A DNA stretch of 16,425 nt from a virus (Duplodnaviria > Heunggongvirae > Uroviricota > Caudoviricetes): positions 1 through 16,425 of the IMG/VR virus record IMGVR_UViG_2648501186_000008. One strand, written 5' to 3'. The translations under genes were made by a program, and so were the position numbers. The notes beneath the pieces were generated by a model. The model was not told the DNA's origin. It was given only the letters and a program-made list of their open reading frames with translations, and did not search any database. Numbering within the stretch: position 1 is the first letter of the stretch; each line of letters begins with the position of its first letter. Below are positions 1-7,303 of the stretch, one piece after another.

Positions 1-147
1 CATAACAAGCTGGGTCAGTATTAACTGACAGCGTTCGCGTGAAAGGTAAGTATTCTGCGCAATTTCCCCAACTGTTGCCGGTTCAGTGACGCTTAATTCA
101 TTAAACACCACTCTGGCTGTTTCGGTCATATCCTGCTGTTTTAGCAT
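1..147 (-). CDS. hypothetical protein, N-terminal fragment (gene continues beyond window start); HTH-like segment
   Basis: ATG at 147-145 preceded by a purine-rich stretch (AAAGAGAAAAAGAC); frame stays open to base 1 (MLKQQDMTETARVVFNELSVTEPATVGEIAQNTYLSRERCQLILTQLV...). Absent from the ORF track, presumably because it has no stop in-window. The VGEIAQ...LSRERCQLIL pattern resembles a helix-turn-helix. Confidence 0.3.
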   Translation of the reverse strand, partial: MLKQQDMTETARVVFNELSVTEPATVGEIAQNTYLSRERCQLILTQLVM

Positions 148-320
148 GTCTTTTTCTCTTTATTGGTTAACGTGACATACCAATAACTCTTGTCGAAAAA
201 GCCAGCAAGCTGAAAGACCGGTATTAATAACCACCTGCACATTTTATGTACCGAACCATTTTTCTGGCATAAAAAACCTCTCAATGGCGGGCGGTAAAAA
301 TCTTTGTTACTCAAGAAATT

Positions 321-1034
321 TTAACGCACTCTGACTGTATTAATTTCAAAATCATTAATATTTCCGCTATTAAATATAACGAATTTCTTACCCCCACTCC
401 TGTATGATTTCGATAACACCAGACGATCATCATAACGCGCAATAATGTAATACCATACATTCTCATAGTGGATCGCCTGATATTCCCTCTTAAACTGTGG
501 TTTGTACCAACCGGCAATAAGAGAGAATGCCCAGAAATAAATCATAAACCCAGCCATCATGAACTCAATTCGGTGATGACGAATAAAAGACATTTCCGAA
601 AAACATTTGACTGAAACAAGTCTTCTTCCAAACCTGACAAAAAGCGTGATTGTAAAGGCAGCAAGAATGCAGAAAATCAGTACATCTGGCTCAACATGCT
701 GATGAATTACCGAAAACTCCAGAACAGGTGGAATAAAAAGCAGCAATATCGCGAGAAAAAGCCGGATAAAACTCAAATTTTGTATATTGCGCTTTTGTTT
801 TATGCCCAAAAAGAAAACAATACCAACTCCCCATCCAATAAGGAATATAACGATAACTGTCACAGCATAAAACAAACTTCGTGCTACATCATCGACACCA
901 GCCCCGACAACCCACCATGGAAAGCCATAGTAAAATGAAGTACCCCATCCATAGAAATAAGCGCTTCCCCATCCTAGACAGCCCATATAAGCAACAAAAA
1001 GTGAAGAGTTTCTGAGCAGAGCACTGTCATCCAT
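321..1034 (-). CDS. multi-pass membrane protein of unknown function (about five hydrophobic helices, Trp/Tyr/Gly-rich N-terminus, roughly 60-aa soluble C-terminal tail); first gene downstream of the putative late promoter
   Basis: 237-codon ORF in a visibly AT-rich stretch where stop codons should be frequent by chance. Hydrophobic runs include LFYAVTVIVIFLIGWGVGIVFFLGI, FIRLFLAILLLFIPPVLEF and FMMAGFMIYFWAFSLIAGW. ATG at 1034 with only a weak SD-like GGTG upstream. I do not recognise the family. Confidence 0.55.
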   Translation of the reverse strand: MDDSALLRNSSLFVAYMGCLGWGSAYFYGWGTSFYYGFPWWVVGAGVDDVARSLFYAVTVIVIFLIGWGVGIVFFLGIKQKRNIQNLSFIRLFLAILLLFIPPVLEFSVIHQHVEPDVLIFCILAAFTITLFVRFGRRLVSVKCFSEMSFIRHHRIEFMMAGFMIYFWAFSLIAGWYKPQFKREYQAIHYENVWYYIIARYDDRLVLSKSYRSGGKKFVIFNSGNINDFEINTVRVR

Positions 1035-1175
1035 AGTAACACCATTAACAACTCAAAAATATCAACACATATTACATAACAAATTGGATTCCATGCAGTC
1101 AAGGGGCGTCATTGATGGAGAAAGTATTGGCACAATCATCATCACGTTTAATGTCTATGCCATTTTTTTGGGGAT

Positions 1176-1202
1176 AAAAAAACCCGCTCGGTCACGGGTT
1201 TT
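1176..1202 (-). terminator. intrinsic terminator hairpin (tR'-like), structurally bidirectional but stronger on the minus strand
   Basis: Stem AAACCCG (1180-1186) / CGGGTTT (1195-1201) with an 8-nt loop. On the minus strand the stem is followed by seven T; on the plus strand by four T. Confidence 0.55.
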
Positions 1203-1252
1203 ACTAGCTTTGCCATCACGTATAAAAACGGCAAAATATCAGATTCACACGA

Positions 1253-1281
1253 AATATATGCCTTTTTATCTACTTTTGCAA
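1253..1281 (-). promoter_or_regulatory. putative late promoter (PR'-like) immediately downstream of the Q-like gene
   Basis: Minus strand reads TTGCAA (1281-1276), 17-nt spacer, TATATT (1258-1253). Predicted start near 1246 would give a roughly 70-nt RNA ending at the 1176-1202 terminator, the arrangement of lambda PR'/6S RNA/tR'. Confidence 0.4.
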
Positions 1282-1288
1282 TACTTTG

Positions 1289-1954
1289 CTATGAAAATGC
1301 CGCCTTTTGTTTTGAACGTGTTCCCTCCACCAACAATAAAGCTTCACCATCCAGCCGATGAAAAATGTGTTTCATTGCAACCCAGTGACCAGTAAATGTC
1401 TTGGACCAGTTTTTGGTTGTTACTCCCACCAGTAACGCCAGTTCCTGGTATTCGTAACCTTCCCCACCAAAAAGCTCAGCTTTTACCGCCTGCGCCGCCA
1501 ACCAGATCAACGTCTTCAGGCGCACCAGAGTTTTTCCTGCAATTTTTCTGGTACCGGATTGAGCATTAAATTCAGTCCACGCCCACTGCGTTATCGCGAT
1601 CTGATGCTCCCAGCAAATGCTACCGCTGTAACACCACAGCAGCCAGGCTTTATGATGTTCTTCAAGAGACAGAACGGCGCGTCGCCATGATGATGTCGAA
1701 AACTCAACCGGACTGACCAGGGCAATTGATGAACCTTTCACCAGCGATTGCTTTCCCGGGATCGGTGGATTATCCAGCGTTACTATTTTTCCAGTGACCT
1801 TATCGCGGTACCGGATTTTTTTACGTCTGTAACGCCCTGTATTGAACATGGCATTCTCCTGCCAGGCCTCAAGCTGACCTTTTGTTGCTCCACTCAAATC
1901 AGCGGTGGCGATCATGAGCTGCTCACGCACAAACTGTAAATACTGGTTATTCAT
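1289..1954 (-). CDS. putative late-gene transcription antiterminator (Q-like), 221 aa
   Basis: Sits in the position Q occupies in lambdoid phages (directly after rusA, directly before a promoter plus short terminated transcript). Its ATG (1954-1952) overlaps the rusA stop as ATGA. The ORF track shows a GTG two codons upstream. Family call is positional; I do not recognise a Q signature motif. Confidence 0.45.
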   Translation of the reverse strand: MNNQYLQFVREQLMIATADLSGATKGQLEAWQENAMFNTGRYRRKKIRYRDKVTGKIVTLDNPPIPGKQSLVKGSSIALVSPVEFSTSSWRRAVLSLEEHHKAWLLWCYSGSICWEHQIAITQWAWTEFNAQSGTRKIAGKTLVRLKTLIWLAAQAVKAELFGGEGYEYQELALLVGVTTKNWSKTFTGHWVAMKHIFHRLDGEALLLVEGTRSKQKAAFS

Positions 1955-2310
1955 GCGCACTCCAGTTCTGTGATTTTTATCCCCAGCCGACCACCGGGAA
2001 CAACCTGACCGCGCATAATATTAACTTCATCAAACTGCTCATCGTCGATAAGCAGTCCCGCATGTGTCAGCGCATCCAGTGGTGCCTTCAGGATATTGTC
2101 CAGGTCGCGGCGGCGCTTATCCGGTGGCTCTGCAATAATTTTTATTGCCAGCCTTCCGGACAGGTTTAATTTCAGTCGCTGCTGGCGAACAATAAGCGCC
2201 ACATCACGGCGATAACGCTCACCGGCTTTTGATACAAAATATGTGCTGCCACGACGTCGCCAGTAGGTGTTCACCGTTGGCGGGTAAGGCAAAACAAATT
2301 CTATCCCCAT
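1951..2310 (-). CDS. rusA: RusA-family Holliday junction resolvase
   Basis: 119 aa with the RusA hallmarks DKRRRDLDN, DALT.AG and GGRLGIKITE, closely matching E. coli RusA as I remember it. AGAGG Shine-Dalgarno 6 nt before the ATG at 2310. Confidence 0.85.
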   Translation of the reverse strand: MGIEFVLPYPPTVNTYWRRRGSTYFVSKAGERYRRDVALIVRQQRLKLNLSGRLAIKIIAEPPDKRRRDLDNILKAPLDALTHAGLLIDDEQFDEVNIMRGQVVPGGRLGIKITELECA

Positions 2311-2322
2311 CAGTAACCTCTT

Positions 2323-3372
2323 TTATCCGAGTACGCCTGTTGCAAAGGCGTGATCAAGAAAACGAAAAATTAAATCAACCTGAGAACCATGTTTTTCTTC
2401 GAATGCCTGCGGATCCGCATGAAGCTCGTTGTGATGCTCCCGACACAGCGGCAACGTAAAAATATCGTGGGCCTTTGTTCCCATCCCTCCCTGACCGTGA
2501 CCAATCAGGTGATGGGGATCGTCGGCTGGCTTACCACAACACGCACACGGCTGTGTCTTCACCCAGCGTGTGTATTTCTCATTTACCCAACGGCGACGTT
2601 TAGGTCGCTTCATGAAAGATTCCGGAGACTCAGGATCAACGGCAATGCTGACCACCGTCTTTTCCTGTGGTGTGTTCTGTTGCTGGTGGACGTGAGGCAA
2701 CGGCGCAAGATTTTTTGTGCGCTGCTTCAGTATGCTGGTGGCGGTCTGCTCTCCCGGTACGATGTCGCTTTCGCGGTAAACCGTGCGGATTTTTTCCGCA
2801 CGTAATCCCAGAGAACGACGTAATACTGCCTCCGGTAGCGCGTCCGCCACCTGATTGCAGACCGCCCACCAGGATAATTCAGCCAGCGATAATTCCCGTT
2901 CCTGTGCACCACTTATTGCGTGACGTATGACGTCAATCATCCAGGCTGTCAGATTTTGTTGAGCAAGCTGCCCGAGTGATTCGGATGTCTGGTCGCGCAG
3001 CTGGTTGTCGCAGTGCCAGCACAACAACATTGCGCCGGTACCGTAACGATGTATGACGGTTTCACTGTGGTGATAGTCTCCATGAGGCCACTGGCAGGAT
3101 TTAACATGACGCAGGAGCCAGTCAGACAGTGCGCCAGCGCCGCCAGCAGCACGAATCACACGCTCATCGCTGAAAAACGGCAGCAATGTTTTATCTTCCG
3201 CCAGCGGCTGGCGAACGGCAGGAACGACTCCGGACGGCATACCGCGCATGTTTTTCGGTTCCGGCTCCACCAGCACCCTGCCGTTATGGAATACCTGCAT
3301 GGATTCACGCCCCGGCTTAAGGACCACCAGCCCGAGTTCCGGTACCGGAACAGGTCGAAGTAATACCCGCAC
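2323..3372 (-). CDS. DUF968-family prophage protein (YdfU-like) with C-terminal Cys/His-rich nuclease-like region
   Basis: 349 aa, the length I recall for Qin-prophage YdfU. C-terminus carries CACCGKP...HHLIGHG...CREHHNELH. GTG start at 3372 preceded by GGAGG at optimal spacing. Confidence 0.7.
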   Translation of the reverse strand: MRVLLRPVPVPELGLVVLKPGRESMQVFHNGRVLVEPEPKNMRGMPSGVVPAVRQPLAEDKTLLPFFSDERVIRAAGGAGALSDWLLRHVKSCQWPHGDYHHSETVIHRYGTGAMLLCWHCDNQLRDQTSESLGQLAQQNLTAWMIDVIRHAISGAQERELSLAELSWWAVCNQVADALPEAVLRRSLGLRAEKIRTVYRESDIVPGEQTATSILKQRTKNLAPLPHVHQQQNTPQEKTVVSIAVDPESPESFMKRPKRRRWVNEKYTRWVKTQPCACCGKPADDPHHLIGHGQGGMGTKAHDIFTLPLCREHHNELHADPQAFEEKHGSQVDLIFRFLDHAFATGVLG

Positions 3373-3373
3373 G

Positions 3374-3646
3374 TTACCTCCAGATGCGTTGCTGGAATGT
3401 GCGGGACGGACGCGGCGGGCGTTCGGAATAAGGGAGCCTGACGTAGATTATCCAGTGATGGTAGTCGAGGCTAAGGGCTTTCTTAAACTCATACCCACGT
3501 CTGCGGTAGTTATGAATCAGCCATTCGGCCTGTTCTTCAGTGCAGGGATCGTGCTGATACCAGTCATATTTGAATGTGTGAGAACACCGCCCTTGCCTGC
3601 TGGCAGGGGCGGTATCAGAATTGTGATGTTTGGTATTGTGCGCCAT
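3374..3646 (-). CDS. hypothetical small phage protein (90 aa)
   Basis: ATG at 3646 (the ORF-track start at 3700 is TTG). Stop lies 1 nt before the DUF968 GTG. Occupies the slot that rem holds next to ydfU in K-12 Qin, but I cannot confirm homology. Confidence 0.4.
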   Translation of the reverse strand: MAHNTKHHNSDTAPASRQGRCSHTFKYDWYQHDPCTEEQAEWLIHNYRRRGYEFKKALSLDYHHWIIYVRLPYSERPPRPSRTFQQRIWR

Positions 3647-3714
3647 CGGTTTTCTCTGCTGGCGCAGCAGGTGCCAGTTGTTCAAGCTGGCGTGCGGCAA
3701 TATTGTCTCTGATT

Positions 3715-3746
3715 TCTGTTGTCGTCAACAGGCAACGTGCTATCAT
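3715..3746 (+). promoter_or_regulatory. putative parDE promoter overlapping a palindrome (candidate autoregulation operator)
   Basis: TTGTCG (3719-3724), 16-nt spacer, TATCAT (3741-3746). Palindrome CTGTTG-TCGT-CAACAG at 3715-3730 overlaps the -35 region. Confidence 0.35.
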
Positions 3747-3781
3747 CGAATGGTGTTCTATCCTACTCCGTGAGGTTTACC

Positions 3782-4039
3782 ATGCGTACAACCCAACAAT
3801 TCAGCATTACATTAACTAACGAAATGGCTGACATGGTGCGCGCCCGTGTGGCTTCCGGTGCCTATGCTTCAGAAAGCGAGGTCATTCGTGAAGGGCTTCG
3901 CGCACTGAATGAGCGCGATAAAGCAATCGAAGCGTGGTTAACGCATTCAGCCGCCCCCTCTCTTGATTCTATCCGCGAAACCCCAAACAACGGACGCTCC
4001 ATTTCACAGGTTCGCGCCGCGATTCGATCCGGGAAGTAA
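3782..4039 (+). CDS. parD: ParD-family (ribbon-helix-helix) type II antitoxin
   Basis: 85 aa; FSITLTNEMADMVRARVASGAYASESEVIREGLRAL matches the ParD antitoxin RHH signature. GAGG 8 nt upstream of ATG 3782. The ORF-track N-terminal extension is rejected. Confidence 0.8.
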   Translation: MRTTQQFSITLTNEMADMVRARVASGAYASESEVIREGLRALNERDKAIEAWLTHSAAPSLDSIRETPNNGRSISQVRAAIRSGK

Positions 4040-4044
4040 TCTGC

Positions 4045-4344
4045 ATGACATATGAAGTCATCATTACTCCTGAGGCCGAACAACAAATAATCAACCTGCA
4101 CAGGTATATAACGGAGAAAGCAGGGAACGTCATTGCTGACAATTATGCCAATGCGCTTCTTGATTATCTTGATGGGTTTTCTACATTCCCGCATCGGGGC
4201 AATAAACGCGATGATATTCGCCAGGGGATGCGGGTAACTCATTTCCGCCACAGAACGATTATTGCTTTTGCCGTTGATAGCAGAAAAGTCTTTATTGTCG
4301 GTATCTATCATGGTGGGCAAAGTTATGAAACCGATTTCTTATAA
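4045..4344 (+). CDS. parE: ParE/RelE-family type II toxin
   Basis: 99 aa; begins 5 nt after the parD stop (coupled). C-terminal FPHRG...DIRQGMR...HRTIIAF...VFIVGIYHGGQ pattern is typical of the ParE/RelE fold. Confidence 0.8.
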   Translation: MTYEVIITPEAEQQIINLHRYITEKAGNVIADNYANALLDYLDGFSTFPHRGNKRDDIRQGMRVTHFRHRTIIAFAVDSRKVFIVGIYHGGQSYETDFL

Positions 4345-4424
4345 ACTTTTACCCACATCATTCCGGTGTTAGAATTAACCGTCCGCCCCCTCTCTTACTG
4401 GCGGATTCGTAGGCTATATAAATC

Positions 4425-4461
4425 AAAGATCCCGGCTCATGTTTGTGTCGGGATCTTTTTT
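4425..4461. terminator. bidirectional intrinsic terminator between convergent parE and the upstream minus-strand gene
   Basis: 10-bp perfect stem AAAGATCCCG (4425-4434) / CGGGATCTTT (4449-4458) with a 14-nt loop. Plus strand continues with six T; minus strand with TTTGATTTAT. Confidence 0.6.
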
Positions 4462-4468
4462 CGGCGAT

Positions 4469-4813
4469 TTATCCCCAGCGGCAAATCGAATACACCACCA
4501 GCGCCACCGCCATCGCAATTCCTACCGTTGTGAATGCTTCAGGCCAGGTCATCGTAAAATATCCTCCACGCTTATCAGTCCGTTCCGCTCCAGATAACTC
4601 ATCGACCAGACGCTGATATCCCACTGGTTTGTATTCATGCAATTTACCGGCTGGCTCTGCTGCCAGCGATACCAGTGCGATTTCCAGAACAGCAATATCC
4701 ATCTTATATGTGCGGATGATGTCATGGTCGATTGTGCCCGGTATGCACAGTCTCTGTGCTTCAATAGTCTCCTCTGCGTGAGCTATTAACTGCTCTCTGG
4801 TAAAAGTCGTCAT
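4469..4813 (-). CDS. hypothetical protein with C-terminal transmembrane anchor (114 aa)
   Basis: ATG at 4813 overlaps the HNH gene stop (ATGA); GAAGGGG Shine-Dalgarno upstream. C-terminal hydrophobic helix [15 protein letters not shown]. Confidence 0.5.
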   Translation of the reverse strand: MTTFTREQLIAHAEETIEAQRLCIPGTIDHDIIRTYKMDIAVLEIALVSLAAEPAGKLHEYKPVGYQRLVDELSGAERTDKRGGYFTMTWPEAFTTVGIAMAVALVVYSICRWG

Positions 4814-5175
4814 GCCGTAGCCCCTTCTTGATATTTTTCAAACCAGAACACAACTGGGTCAGATTTCATTTCAACCAATCCCATACGAACCAGCGCTTTG
4901 CCTTTCCCGGACGCAAGGAATTCACGACGACCATCACTGATAATTCGCCGATAATCTTCCAGACTACTGCAATGCTTGTGCAGATTGCATGGGTGGCATG
5001 CCGGAACCATGTTGGATATATCGTCACGTTCCTGGTGAAGCATATTTCCATCAAAACGAATGACCGGTTTTACATGGTCTGCATGCCACTTTTCGCCAAG
5101 TTCGCAGCCGCAATAAGCACAGCGACCGCCGAACTTCATGCGCAGCTCTGCACGTTGTTTTTTCGTCAGTGCCAT
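4810..5175 (-). CDS. HNH endonuclease
   Basis: 121 aa with [19 protein letters not shown]...[14 protein letters not shown] (zinc-binding cysteines and the catalytic His-Asn-His arrangement). AAGGAAAG Shine-Dalgarno before ATG 5175. The ORF-track start at 5265 is an upstream extension. Confidence 0.8.
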   Translation of the reverse strand: MALTKKQRAELRMKFGGRCAYCGCELGEKWHADHVKPVIRFDGNMLHQERDDISNMVPACHPCNLHKHCSSLEDYRRIISDGRREFLASGKGKALVRMGLVEMKSDPVVFWFEKYQEGATA

Positions 5176-5176
5176 A

Positions 5177-5395
5177 TCAGCTTTCCTTATACGGATTAAT
5201 TTTATTGTGCAGTGTGTTGAACGACGCCCACACCACGTCGTTATACAATTCAATAACTGGCTCAATTATTTTCACGATAAACCAGACCAGTAATAGCGGG
5301 GATATCGGTATCATCAACACGATAAATATAATGAGAAACAAAAATTCTGTCGCTCTACTTTTTCTCGGATATTCTTTTCTGAATAATGTAGTCAT
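5177..5395 (-). CDS. small hydrophobic membrane protein (72 aa)
   Basis: Single long hydrophobic helix (FLFLIIFIVLMIPISPLLLVWFIVKII) in an AT-rich islet. An in-frame TAA sits immediately upstream of ATG 5395, so the start is fixed. Start region is unusual (see the hairpin feature). Confidence 0.45.
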   Translation of the reverse strand: MTTLFRKEYPRKSRATEFLFLIIFIVLMIPISPLLLVWFIVKIIEPVIELYNDVVWASFNTLHNKINPYKES

Positions 5396-5427
5396 TTCTT
5401 ACCGCCCTTTCGGGCGGCCTCCTGACA
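5396..5427 (-). promoter_or_regulatory. intercistronic hairpin separating a strong Shine-Dalgarno from its start codon
   Basis: Minus-strand intergenic RNA reads TGTCAGGAGG-CCGCCC-GAAA-GGGCGG-TAAGAA-ATG: an AGGAGG, then a perfect 6-bp stem with GAAA loop, then the AUG of the 72-aa gene. Confidence 0.35.
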
Positions 5428-5640
5428 TTAATCATTGTGATAACTCATAGTTTCATTTGCAGCATCAACTGGATCAACATCCCACCAGCAATAATTTTGG
5501 TCGAGTCCTTCAGGTGTCCACGGCTCTAATTCATTTTTTACCGCATTCTCGTCACCAGTAATTTTAAAAATCTGCTCAGAAAATTTCCTCACCCACTCGT
5601 TATATTTTTCCGCATTAATGGTTTTCTGTGTATTTAACAT
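5428..5640 (-). CDS. hypothetical acidic small protein (70 aa)
   Basis: GGAGG 9-13 nt upstream of ATG 5640. AT-rich codon usage like its neighbour. No recognisable motif. Confidence 0.5.
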   Translation of the reverse strand: MLNTQKTINAEKYNEWVRKFSEQIFKITGDENAVKNELEPWTPEGLDQNYCWWDVDPVDAANETMSYHND

Positions 5641-5690
5641 AGATATGCCTCCAGTTAAGGATTTGATTTTATTTACAGTGCTAAATTTAA

Positions 5691-6047
5691 TTATTCAGTT
5701 CTGGATTTTGTCGCCCTGCGTATCCGCGCTTTCGCGTTACGCTCAATCTGAATTAACTTTTCTATATTTTTCCGTCTTTCCTGTTCCTCCTGGCGCAATA
5801 GCCTTACATCATCTGCCAGTCTGGTTTCTCTTTTCGCCACAGAGAGCATCCAGTCAAACGGCTCCACAACTGCACCGCAGATTTTACAGCGGACCTGACG
5901 CTCTTTTTCGTCAACCCGAACAGAGGCGTGATGACAATATGCTCTTTCCGATGGCTCATAAAGAAAATTAACCTGATTACGTGGGTCATCCTCTTTTACC
6001 GGAAATAAAACGATATTGCTTAACTCATCTTCTGGTTTTATTTCCAT
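5691..6047 (-). CDS. hypothetical protein with Cys/His cluster and basic C-terminal coiled coil (118 aa)
   Basis: Start moved to ATG 6047, which has an AAGGAGAAG Shine-Dalgarno. YCHH...CKICG cluster followed by a Lys/Arg/Glu-rich helix. Confidence 0.55.
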   Translation of the reverse strand: MEIKPEDELSNIVLFPVKEDDPRNQVNFLYEPSERAYCHHASVRVDEKERQVRCKICGAVVEPFDWMLSVAKRETRLADDVRLLRQEEQERRKNIEKLIQIERNAKARIRRATKSRTE

Positions 6048-6104
6048 GCTCTTCTCCTTTGATGTGAATGCCAGCGGTAATTGAAGCCTGATAGCTAATT
6101 TCAT

Positions 6105-6527
6105 TCACAGTATCGCCTCCTGAAATTTACCCTGATAGAAAGCCAGTACACGCTGCATAGCTGCGCTCTTCCGGCACTCGCTACAGATTATGTTCTGACG
6201 CCTGTCGTAGCGGCGTATTTCTCCGTCTGGTAATGACCAGATAAGGTCCGGATCAACCACAGATGTTTTCTTCAGATTTGCCCTTGAGAGTTTTTTGCGG
6301 GCATTTTGCCAGTCCTTACGCGCCTGCGCTGACGGGAATAACCCGTAACCAGAGTTGTATACATCGCCGCTGGCAACCAGCTCTCTTGCGAGAACGCTCA
6401 TCAGATATCTTGTTGCCCCAGTTTTAGCTTCCAGTTGTCGTAACGTCTCTCGCCCGCTCTGGCGTACGAGATCAACAATCTGCCCTTTAATTTTTTCCCG
6501 CTCTTCCTGTGTAAATACTTTTGCCAT
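6105..6527 (-). CDS. hypothetical phage protein (140 aa)
   Basis: Start moved to ATG 6527, directly preceded by AGGGGAGGG. The longer ORF-track version begins at an upstream codon overlapping the previous gene. Confidence 0.55.
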   Translation of the reverse strand: MAKVFTQEEREKIKGQIVDLVRQSGRETLRQLEAKTGATRYLMSVLARELVASGDVYNSGYGLFPSAQARKDWQNARKKLSRANLKKTSVVDPDLIWSLPDGEIRRYDRRQNIICSECRKSAAMQRVLAFYQGKFQEAIL

Positions 6528-6543
6528 AAGCCCTCCCCTGGAA

Positions 6544-7269
6544 TCACTTTTCCGACACAATACGACTGGAGGAATCAACAATCTGTCGGACAATATCCCG
6601 GTGCTTGTTCAGCTCCCGCAGCGCGGCGCAGACTCGCTCCCACTTCTGGACATGACTTTTCGCCCGGCGCAGTTCGCGGTTTGCCATATGCAGCGATGGT
6701 AAAATCAGGCCATTCGCTCGCGTTTCAGTGAACGATGGCAGTGACTGCACAAGGTCCGCCACAGTTTCTGTTTTAATTTCCTCCTGTGTTGCCGCTTCCT
6801 GTACTGGTAACGCAACACCGGCTGGCTGAGGAAAGGCTTTACCAGATGTTTTCGCTACCGATACAACTTTCGGCTCTGCTGGTAAATTACCGTCCGGCAG
6901 GCAGTAACGAAATTTACCGTTCTGATTTACGCGAATCAGACGACCTTTGCTGATGGCCATAGCCAGCGATGAGTTCACCCTGCGGGAAGTAATTCTGAAT
7001 ATCAGTGCAAGTTCATCAGCCGCTTTAGGGCCATGCTGTTCAATCGCCTCGATCAGCATTTGCGCTGTCACTTTAGAAGCCTGTGCCACAGATGCGTTTT
7101 CGTCGGTTTGAGTCAACCACCACATCGGGCCCTTGTTATCAGCTTCCCCGCGACGCTTCAGTTTCCACAGCTCGTTAATCGCCTCATCCCGGGTCATTCC
7201 CAGACGTGCTGCCACTTCCTGGGAAGAGGCTTTTCCCATTGCTTTCAGTGCGTCAAAAACGGTCTCCAT
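6544..7269 (-). CDS. putative winged-helix DNA-binding phage protein (241 aa)
   Basis: Start moved to ATG 7269 with GGGAGGAA Shine-Dalgarno. Two segments have helix-turn-helix character (SSQEVAARLGMTRDEAINELWKL and ADELALIFRITSRRVNSSLAMAISKG). Confidence 0.55.
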   Translation of the reverse strand: METVFDALKAMGKASSQEVAARLGMTRDEAINELWKLKRRGEADNKGPMWWLTQTDENASVAQASKVTAQMLIEAIEQHGPKAADELALIFRITSRRVNSSLAMAISKGRLIRVNQNGKFRYCLPDGNLPAEPKVVSVAKTSGKAFPQPAGVALPVQEAATQEEIKTETVADLVQSLPSFTETRANGLILPSLHMANRELRRAKSHVQKWERVCAALRELNKHRDIVRQIVDSSSRIVSEK

Positions 7270-7303
7270 TAAAATTTCCTCCCGGTAAAAATTACTTCTC
7301 AAC

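Noticed and set aside
311-517. 68-aa minus-strand ORF overlapping the 3' end of the membrane-protein gene
   Set aside because: Alternative frame entirely inside the longer 321-1034 ORF, with no independent start signal.
1084-1395. 103-aa plus-strand ORF across the late promoter/terminator and the Q-like 3' end
   Set aside because: Runs antisense through the terminator hairpin and the Q-like gene; no ribosome-binding site.
3374-3700. Extended upstream starts proposed by the ORF track here and for the ORFs ending at 5265, 6104, 6593, 7335, 8783 and 11738
   Set aside because: Extensions begin at GTG/TTG or unsupported ATG codons that overlap the preceding gene, while an internal ATG with a clear Shine-Dalgarno exists in most cases; shorter starts adopted. 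The 11738 case is the least certain.
2389-3712. Several plus-strand ORFs (2389-2805, 2667-2930, 3013-3363, 3248-3712) and minus-strand ORFs (2636-2869, 2727-2912, 2949-3152)
   Set aside because: All lie inside or antisense to the DUF968 gene in GC-rich DNA where open frames are common; Pro/Arg-rich translations typical of shadow frames.
3862-4320. 152-aa minus-strand ORF antisense to parD-parE
   Set aside because: The plus-strand pair has canonical TA organisation, coupling and family motifs; the antisense frame has none.
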